The position numbers were made by a program, and so were the translations under genes. A stretch of 64,000 nt of DNA from Lingula anatina (taxonomy: Eukaryota > Animalia > Brachiopoda): positions 13,330,001 to 13,394,000 of the forward strand of contig CM120640.1 of assembly GCA_051362555.1 (NCBI GenBank), in the 5' to 3' direction. This document shows positions 54,319-64,000 of this stretch, one piece after another. Position 1 is the first letter of the stretch. The number at the start of each line of letters is the position of its first letter. The notes beneath the pieces are model-generated. The model worked only from the letters and a program-made list of their open reading frames with translations. It did not search any database and was not told the DNA's origin.

Positions 54319-56083
54319 CTGGAAATAAAAATTACATTTAATACGAACAGCTGATACATGTACATGTATGCGGTCAGTGTTGCATTCAGTTTTAAATACG
54401 CATTCCCCATCTGTTATTTTTAAAGAACCCGTCTCTTCCCTGCTAGCATCGTGTCACTGCCCGTGAGTTACCCGATTCGCCATTTTGATGCGTCAAAGCA
54501 TGACCTGAGGAACAAAGCACATTTTACTCTCTTCATAAACTGCAAAGTGTTTGTTATGCAAGCGAAAGGTAATTTTTCATATAATGTGTTGGCAGTATGA
54601 AATGTAGTACCTGATAGTACGTGTATTGTCTTCATCTTAGCACAACATGCAATATACGTCAAAAATGGTTAAAAAGAATGTAACATTGACTACGTCTCTT
54701 ATAAATACTGGAAAACCACGATGTTCAAATAAATGTGTGCATAAACATTTGGACCAGTATGACCTACAAACGTCGCCTGACTACAATATGATAAAAAAAG
54801 ATTATGAAGATAAGTTTAGAGACAGGAACTGTCAAGTGTGAGACCAGTTTACATTTGGACGGTGCAGCATGGAAGTGACACAGAGAGTGAAAACACTGTT
54901 GCGCTCTAACACAAAATGCTAACAAAATATCTAAAACAGCCCTCCTGTGAAATTATCCATACTTTGGTGTATGGCGCTATTCTGTACCGTCTGCAAACTC
55001 TTGTATTTCTTTGTTTTTAGAGGGGGGATCAAGTTTGTAAATCAATAACGTGAATGACAAAGAGTATCAACACATAGCAGAAGAAATTAAATGTTATTAA
55101 AATAATTTTGACGTGTATAGCTTATTTTACCCAAGAGCACCTTACAAGTTAAATGGCCTTAGCCGACCATTATAAATTAACAAAAATCAGATAGTGTGAT
55201 AAATAATGATAATAATAATAATAATAAAAGTCTAATGGATATATAACAAAATTACTCAAAGTTATAAAATAAAGGTAATACAAAAACATAAAAAACAAAG
55301 GCTTACCTTCACCAAGAAGACTAACACGAAGAGATGAGAACTGGAACTTGAAAAAAGCTCGACAAAACCCCCGAAAACCCGCTGCGTTGTTCCAACGTAG
55401 AGGAAGTAAATACACCCGTGTCCCAGCATAGCACTAACAAGTAGCTTGCTGGAAAATGTCTCCTTTTACAATCTATATTACTGCCTCCTTATCACAATAT
55501 GAAAGATTTACGTTTTGGTTCAGTGGAATACACTAAAACAAATGAAATCGACTATAGGAAATGTTACTGGTAAGGCCTACGCGCGACCAAAAGCGTGGGA
55601 GGTGTTTGGTCGAGCGTAAGCTTCATTGTATGGCCTGCATAGGTAATTCGAAAATCATTATCATTTATTAGATTATGATAGCATTAAAAGAAACAGGTAT
55701 TATTTCAGTATGTGCGGCAGACATACAGTGAGCCATTTGCTTTTAATGACCCAGTATAAATGGTGTGGTACGAAAGTGACTAGCTCGAAATAGTTGTCTA
55801 TTTGTTTTAATGACGTGCGGTTAGGTTGTATCACATGCTATACCGTATGCATCCCGCACTCCGTAGACTGCTAACTGAGATAACTAATACTAAAGGACTA
55901 CTTAGTAGACAAGCAGGGTTGGGGGTTAGAAGTGGCTGTTGTATAGAGGGGAAAAAGGTATAAGTGAAGTCGACAAGCATACAACGTCCAATATAGCACT
56001 TATAACAACATGCACAATGAGTTTTACAACATGATACGAGGCTATACATCACCCATGCAATTATAAAAATATCAACCACTTAC

Positions 56084-59000
56084 TTGTTAAACAGGACAAT
56101 ATCTGGAGTCCATACTTTGTCCATGGGTACGCGGATTGACGAGATCCCTCCATAGTCTGCAGGGTCCCACACTAGCTGATAATCATACCACACCTGGGGG
56201 GAGATACAGGAGATTGGATTAGACTGGGTTCCCATCCCTAGATCGATCTAACAGGATCGGTCCATCTCCAGGGGGTCCCTCGCTAAATTGCTTTCAGCCC
56301 AAGAGGCTTAGACGTCTGGTACGCCTACTAAAGCTGCTAAGCGATAGTTAATTACCCCTATCAGACAGACATCTAAGCCGCCCAAGTTAATTGTAATTAA
56401 GCGAGAATCCCCTTGGAGATAGTTCGATCCAAAGTTAGTACGATATTCTCTGGGAATGGTCTCTTATTAGGGTACGTAGCATTTAAGTACAAACTTTATT
56501 ATGATGGAATGTTTCACAGAACAGCTTAAGTTAAAAATCGGTCTTTGCTTAAAACTGCTATGAATCTTAGCTCTAAGGGTGCTTTCCCAGAGATTTAGAT
56601 CGATCTAAAGATTAAGTTTTAGATCGACCTAACTCCCTGGGGGTTCACGCTAAATTGCAGTCAGCCGAGCGGGCACCATAGTTAATTACCCCCTTACAGC
56701 TTTTAGTAGGCGGGACAGACGCTTAAGCCGGCCAAGCTGACAGTAATCTAGTGAGACTCCCCACAGGGATAGATCGATCTAAAAATCTATGGAAATGTTG
56801 TATAAGTTGCGTTCCGCAAAGTATCTAACCTATTTTACGGCCTATGATCTTCTCGGCGATGTTTTTCTCTCCAGGATAGAAGCCCATTTAAGTATGTCAA
56901 CTACATTTATTGTGGGCCAATCGTTCGTAAACGGCATCACACCAATAATACGAAATCGACTTTACCTAATGACCATCAAACAAAAGCAGCATTACCTAGT
57001 ACCCATCCCCCTCCAAGAAAAATGAATAAAAAGATAAAACAAATTCATGGTGGCATTCGAGAGTATCACATCATGCAGGACGCGAGGAGCTTAGGCGCTT
57101 ACTTCACCAAAACTGCAAACAAATAATCATATAGGCTGTGTTTATAAACTTAAATGAACACGTTTAAAACAGGCAACTTTCTCACCACACCAGGTGTTCA
57201 CTTTTTTTAACCATAACCACTTATCAAAGAGTAAGACCATGTGAACAAAATTATGCATGGAAGTGGCCTTCTGAATCGGATTAACCCAAATACAGAAAAA
57301 AAACTTGCCTGGGATATTTAAGAGAAGTCTAATTGATAGCTATTGTGCAAATGCTAAATTGATAATGTTTTTTTCAATTTACAACTAAATTCAATGAATT
57401 AATCTATTTTAATTATTTAAAGGATAGAAATAATTGTATAAGTCCAAACAAGTGCACATAAGCTTCAGACAGAAACTGCATGGCTGACATGATAACCTCA
57501 GAGCCTGCCCTGGATCTGTCAGAGTCACAGAGAACGAAATTCACCTTGCAATGGACCCACATCTTCGATGAATTTTGTTGCAACCGTTAGAAATTGTAGT
57601 TAAATGAGACCCAATGAGAAACTCAAAAAAATCTTCTGACATGCCCAAGAATCATTGCGCTGACTTCATTTATACTGGCACAAGGATTTTCTGACAAAAC
57701 AAAGTACCCCTCAACTGCACTGTGCACAAATGGCAATAGTAATTTATTCCGATGTAATCTCAGCGAAATCACCCCTTTCGTAATCCGATTTTAACACAAT
57801 AGCATCTATAAGTGTAACAATCGAAAAGCGTATTGTTTATCGATAGCCATTTAAGATGCCATTAACAGGTAAAAGTGAATGATGTTTGTATATAAGTATG
57901 ATTTCCAATCGGTTATGTTTGTATACACAAGGTGCACACTATAAAGCACGCCCTTTTACTTCCCAGTTTCCTTTGGGCATAATCCCCAGTCATGTATACT
58001 TATTGATTAACTTTAGAATAGATTAAATAGGGCAGATACATTTAATTACATATTGTTGGAGGAGAATAAGACCGTTCTAAATGGGCACGGTCTTACAAAT
58101 TTGTCAAAGGTATATAGTTCCCTATTAGTCTATCAATCATAAAAATGTTAAGCATGAAGGCTTCACGATAAGGTCTTCTGAGTTCAGCAGCAGAAAAACG
58201 TATACTTTGATACTTAATTATTGATTTTAGAGAGAAAATGGCGCGAGTACAGGACATAATCAAGTAAAAGAGAAAGCTAGGCACTGAATTGTGACAATTC
58301 ATCATCAGATTTAGTGTGCATTGTTCTTTTTGTTTTCGACAAAAGGCGGTAGTCGATGTCTCCCGACTCTTGTCGACCTTCGGTTTAGACCACTGACAAG
58401 GGTTCAATTAATATTGATAAAAAGTAGTAAGATAATTGACAGAGAAATTGATCAAAATCGTTAGGTTAAAATAACCAAATAATTAGTTTGGTCTTTTCAC
58501 GCCATTTCGGTGCGCACAATGCATGGCTGTAATAGAAAGGTTATTTCAGTTCTCAAAAGTTCCTCCTGTTTTGGTATTTTGGCAGGTGCTTTGTTATCAA
58601 AGATTTGCATTACATAAACATTCAGATAACCGAAAGAAAGACATCAGGAAACGAATGTCTGCGCTAGCCATTATAAATGGTCACTGCGCCTCATGTATGG
58701 CGATGCCATACACTGCACCTGTTAAAATAAACCCACCAGTGTGACTTTCATCTTCCTTGCATACCTCATATGATTGAAAATGAGGATCACGGACTTCTTT
58801 CTTCCAAAAATGTGATCTTTCCTCTGGTATTCAGACTGGTTTGCACGCCGTGACCGACACCAGGCACTTGCCAACATTATACGATCATTACACTTGTGTT
58901 CGGAATTACCTCTATTATGAAATCTATGCACGTTCTGCCAAACCATTCTCCCACGCCAAACTAATTCATTGTAATAGCTTTAAGCCTTCTTCGCGCATCA

Positions 59001-62000
59001 TTAATCTATATTCAATTTGCCTCTGTTTTAACATCCCAAAACACCCGGCCCTGAATTATTCACTCCGTTTCCTGAGCAAGTACATGCATAAGCATACAAT
59101 ACATGTACAATTTATTCGTAATTAGGATTGCCTTGGATAGTATGAACGTTCGGTTGGGTTTTGTGGGTATATTACCACTCCCTGTTACAACAATGTATAA
59201 CAGAACGACTACATAAAATAACATGTTGCTGCTGTTGTTCGATATTCTCACAGATAAAGAATACTTAGCCTGGGGTGTTTGGTGATTCACACGTAGAGTA
59301 AAACAGACACGTGGCGGCGTGAAAGGTGCGGTTCACCAATATGTATATTGTGAAAATGGAGTGTTAAAATGGGCGGCTGTACATGTTCAGGGCCGTAGCC
59401 TGAGCAAAATGCCAGGGGGAGCAGTAAGCGGACACGAGGGGGCAAAGCCCCCGAGGGGGTGGGGTGGGTGTGGAAAATTTGTAAAAAACTGTATGTATAA
59501 TACTGCATTCTGGTGCATTTTAACTGTTATTTATTGCTCAATCAGAAGTCAAAAATTGTGGGTTCATTTTGCCATTTTGCCATATTTGCGCCTCAAATCC
59601 CAGGGGGGGCAGCTGCCCCCCCTGCCCCCCCGGAGGCTACGGCCCTGATGTTGCACAGGGCCTGCAGGCCTACGTATGCAAATGACCTGGCACTTGCATG
59701 TACGTGCGTGCTCAGTATGTAATGTGCCTGAGCGTTCTCTTGTATCCTCGATTCTCACATACCATATGAATAAGTGCATATATTTGCACGCACATATACA
59801 TGTATGTGCGTCTACAAGAGTGCATACATGTATATGGGATTTATTCAAATGTGCGTGATTGAGGAGTCATAATTTACCACACTTGGTTAGCTATAAACAG
59901 TATGTGGGAATGGTTGAATATAAAACATGATATTGTGAATTATTCTGAGGTCATCTTCAAGCTATATGAAGGCAACAAAGTCCAGACGAACTGTCTTGTC
60001 GATGTTTTTTCAGAATTGATACCGTTTCGTGGAAAAATGTTCACATCGCCACAATCAATGATTCGACTTCAAAGCTACAAGAATTCCAGATTAGACATAG
60101 GTCATACGGAAATGACGAGAAACTCCAAGTCCCAAGTGCATATTTACCCGTCATAATCACATAGTCGACTTCATTAACGGGTTTTCTGAGTTTGGAAACG
60201 AATACGTAGTGAATTTTAGCTAAGCTAGCAAGTGTACATGTCTTGTTCTTTTTTTTACTGCTGTGTGTATATTTCTTTCTGAAGTATATTTCGATGTTTG
60301 AAATATCTACACATTCGATCTGAGAAGCAACCACTGAATTATATGAAACACTGTAATGAATGCCTTCCTTTTATTTATCTGCCCTTTTGTCGACAGATAT
60401 GTTAAAGTCGTTATTACATGAATATGTGTAATTTACACTCCTCAGGGAAGAACAGTAGTAGCTTCGAATATTACCAGTTGATCTATTAAGATTGTTTTAC
60501 CGCTAGGGCCATTTAAGCCAATACTGGTCAATAAAGTCACTTACCGTTTGCAGCCATACGTTAGTCTTCATGATTTGATTCTTTTCGTCCTGCAAAAAAG
60601 ACGTCATTCATATGATAAATGGTCTTAAAATTGATACACGCATTTCTAATAGAGGTACAAATTAGCCAATTCGTTAACCCAGAGAAATAATAAACTGTTT
60701 TTGTGATATAACAGAATAGAATTAAATCAACATGTGGTGTTTACACGAACTAGTAACATTTTAAAAATATATAACACTTATAAAGACATAGTCTAGACAG
60801 TCGAAACGAGCAAATCGACCCGAAACTGATACCGCTAAAAAGAGATCAGCAATAAAGAACCGCAATGATGTTACAGATGCTATGCGATCCTTCGTTCTCT
60901 CTCATGGGTACAGTTTTATAAAAATCATTAAACACGGCAGAACATTCAATAAACAATAAATTATGATTAGCCGTAAATGCGGCCGTGATTCAGTGTGGGA
61001 AGTTGGGCGTCTGAGGCTGTCCTGATAAACACGCGGAAGGATATTGATCATGTAGTTCTTATACCCACGAAAGGGCACCAGGTGGAAGACGACCAAAAAG
61101 ACCAGTCGATATTTTTTGAATGAGGCTTTCAATTGTCAGACCGCACTTTGCTAGCGAACGAGTTCGAAAAGAAGCATTGGTTGTTATTAAACAACAAATA
61201 GTATTAGTTCACCAAACTGTTTCACTATTATCTACTGGCAAGCGTACAACCTACTTCCCGTCATAACTTCCTTAGAGTACAAGAAGTCTTCTAATCCCTT
61301 GACTTTAACAATATCACACAGTTTTGAGGAAACGCAACTTGTATATGCTTACGCTTATACCATGTAAAATGGATAAAATTTGTTTTAAGTGTTTTGGGAC
61401 AATTTCTGATAAAATTGCAGATAACTTGTTATATAGCATAATGAGTCCGGCAGTCTTTTAAATGCACCCCAATAGCAGCTGAGCAGGCCTTGGCTGTTCA
61501 ATCAGTGTTACATCCCATAAACTGGATACGCCAGACCAAATACAATTCTCAAGATCACGACATAACATGATACAGAAACTTCTGTGTTTAATGTCAACCA
61601 AAAAGTGCGCATCATCATATAACGATCCCTAAGTCATATCCAGATGGCGGAAAGCGAGTCTAATGGCGCAATCTGGCACATGGCGGTTACAAAGAAGAAT
61701 CAACCGCAAATAATTCCATTTTGCAAATTTAGAAAATGGGAGAAAATGTTTTGAGACCCTTCGCTGTTTGATATTCTCTTGAGATGCTTTGTGATTATGA
61801 AATTGCTACAGGTCTTGTACACCTGGCTTTATGTTAGTTTGTTTTAAACAACCTGCAGCCCCAATGGCAGGCCAAATCAGAAACATGATAACACACGTAA
61901 GTATCAGGTAGCTGTAATTGGCAAGTGGCACTTCGGATTACTGTTTTAAACTTCTTTACAGTACAGCAACTGTTGCTGAGTTGCTACTTCTAATGAGTAA

Positions 62001-63916
62001 CCCCAAATACAATAACCTCCACAAATCAGAAGTTGATTAGTTGTGTTTTTGTATGACCTTACTTCCTGACAAAATCTTAACCCTCTGTCTGAAAGCAAAT
62101 GCTGTATATCTTTACTTGTAGCGTTTTTTTCCTATGCTCGAACCTTTCAGTAGAGCAACGCATGGTGAGAACACCTAACTGCGTCTTTCAGCAGAAGCAG
62201 ATGTGCTCTTCACTGAAGACATTAAAGGAAAACATATTTTTTCTACTTGAACATTCCTGTAAAGATCATGCCCTGCTTTAAACCAACATCACTTCTCTCA
62301 GTGGAAACCACTTCAAGGCGCCTTTACGCACCCTTAGGCTTGTTAATTTTGTTTGGAAATCTGTCCTCATCATTGAGATCTAACAGTTACTTCGAAAATG
62401 TTGGATTAAAACAAACAGACTGTTGGGTTAGAAAATGTGTTGCGAGTTTGCGCGTGCGTCGAGTGTAAAACCAGAACGTGAAGAATGCTAGAACTTTAAC
62501 AGATTGATCCGCCACACAGAGGTTTATTAAATATTAACGGGGTATTCTGTGCTGAAGAAGGCAATGACAATTTGCGCAGGCGTTATATTCTGGTGGCAGA
62601 ATTGAAATCACAGTGGCAGCACAAGTGAATGAGCCTTCACAGTAACTGACTCTGGGTTAATAGGTACATTGTGTCGTATTTTAGGGTTGTTTAGATCATA
62701 ATGTGAGCTAGATAGCCACTGCTGCAATTCATGTCTGGAAGAAAATTCCTCTAGTTAGTTTCCTTTAATGGGTAGCTTGTACGTGTCAAAATGCATTAGA
62801 GATGGGATCTGCTTACGGCACTCGCAACGGAAATAATCTTAGCAAAAAATTAGTCTGATAAGAAGTTCACCTATTTTTTCATTTCTTATTGTGCGTCTAC
62901 ACGAAACATACTATTTATATCAGCGTGTTATACTGCGCCCCTTGGTTCTTAATTATTACGCCGTGGTTTGTATTGTCTATTCAACGTCGTGTTTTATTTT
63001 CCTTTTTTTGTTCTATCAGTGTAGCTTTAAAATGACAAAATACCAACGAGGTGTACACAGAAGGCGTACACTTTATAACCTACCACATTTGGTTTAAGCC
63101 CCATTTGTTTTGAATTCGATATTTTAATCAGAATCGTAAAACATACCCACTACTTCCACTAGTAATCCCACCGACTTCTGCCACGCAACTCTTCATGCTT
63201 ATAATATGAAATAATCAGATATACACTAAGATATTAATATAAATTGCACCCTTGACAGCCATATTTCGTCCTGTAAAGATCTATCTTCTTCCTCGACTTA
63301 CTGGTTGATAAGCAAACCGAGAGCCGTAAATCTGATAAGATGCTTTATTGAACAATTCCTCTGGACAGAAATGAAATGCACACTAACACGATGGTGTTTG
63401 ATAGTCCCAATCTCCAGGAGTGCTACAGCAGCAATTAATGTGTAATTCGTAGTAAGATGTAATAAATCAAAAATATGCGGTGCAATAATCACTTATGTGA
63501 TTCCTTTGAAATTGCACAGAATTCTGCTAATATAAGGTGCAGTAATGTTGAAAATAAGGGAAAGTAGTCGAAAAAGACAATAAACGTGTGTGTGCGTGTG
63601 TGTGTGTCTGTGTGTGTGTATACACACAAACAGAGAGAGATATGCTTGACCTAAAAAAGAATCAAGGATATTAAATCTGCGTTCTAAATCTTTTAACTAA
63701 GCACGTCGTTTACCATAGTTCTGAGGTTTCGAATATTTTAGCTGTCATAAACACATTATGAGTAACTACTTACCACATTGATGAGTTGAATCATAGTAAG
63801 TCCAAAATTGATCATTAGCTTGTCCGACAGGTTTTGCACAGGTCGTATAAGTGGGTTATAACCTGTCTTGTCAAAGAGGTCCTCCACCAGTTTGCTTTCG
63901 TCTTCGCTACCTAAAC
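56084..63916 (-). CDS. nAChR non-alpha (beta1-like) subunit, gene C: shared N-terminal exons 63774-63916, 60545-60589, 56084-56193; signal-peptide exon outside the window
   Basis: [26 protein letters not shown]...IQLINV | [15 protein letters not shown] | [36 protein letters not shown], typical of invertebrate beta1-type subunits. The last exon ends with a phase-2 donor AA|GTAAGT. Confidence 0.92.
56228..56795. repeat. Two adjacent copies of a ~200-bp palindromic (fold-back, MITE-like) element
   Basis: Copies at ~56230-56460 and ~56580-56795 share tagatcgatcta, ggggt..cgctaaattgc, tagttaattacccc and taagccg.ccaag. Each is internally inverted (ggcttagacgtctg / cagacatctaagcc; tctccagggggtccctcgctaaattgc / gtaattaagcgagaatccccttggaga). 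Confidence 0.75.
59388..59647. mobile_element. MITE, 260 bp, CAGGG-terminated
   Basis: Perfect 13-bp TIRs cagggccgtagcc/ggctacggccctg, flanked by a 5-bp direct repeat atgtt. Confidence 0.88.
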
Positions 63917-64000
63917 CTGAGCAAAAATGGAAGAGAATACAGCTCGTCAATGATAATATTTTGAAAAAAGATGTTAAGCCGGTAGAATGAAGGCCTGCGT

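Noticed and set aside
1244-64000. The many remaining 60-130 aa ORFs in introns and spacers
   Set aside because: No recognisable motifs, AT-biased composition, and lengths expected by chance.

Overview
AT-rich animal genomic DNA with spliceosomal GT-AG introns, probably from a lophotrochozoan invertebrate (inferred from the gene families present). All supported host genes are on the minus strand. From high to low coordinate: (1) a non-alpha (beta1-like) nicotinic acetylcholine receptor (nAChR) locus, gene C. Its single set of N-terminal exons (63774-63916, 60545-60589, 56084-56193; exon 1 lies beyond the window) is followed by five tandem, intact, diverged two-exon 3' cassettes, each encoding loop E through TM4 and its own stop, with no N-terminal exons found between them. 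This looks like a constant-5'/variable-3' mutually exclusive cassette array. (2) nAChR gene B (19258-29668), an alpha-derived subunit that has lost the vicinal cysteines. (3) nAChR alpha gene A (3872-13890). (4) The 5' end of a CYP10-like mitochondrial-clan cytochrome P450 (1-1186). Intron 4 of both A and B carries a conserved ~30-nt element complementary to the TM2 pore codons, with G.U-preserving substitutions, a candidate A-to-I editing duplex. Also present: a Tc1 fossil, a Penelope-like fragment, several MITEs and microsatellites. Exon boundaries and alignments were read by eye and checked for phase and frame; no transcript data were available.
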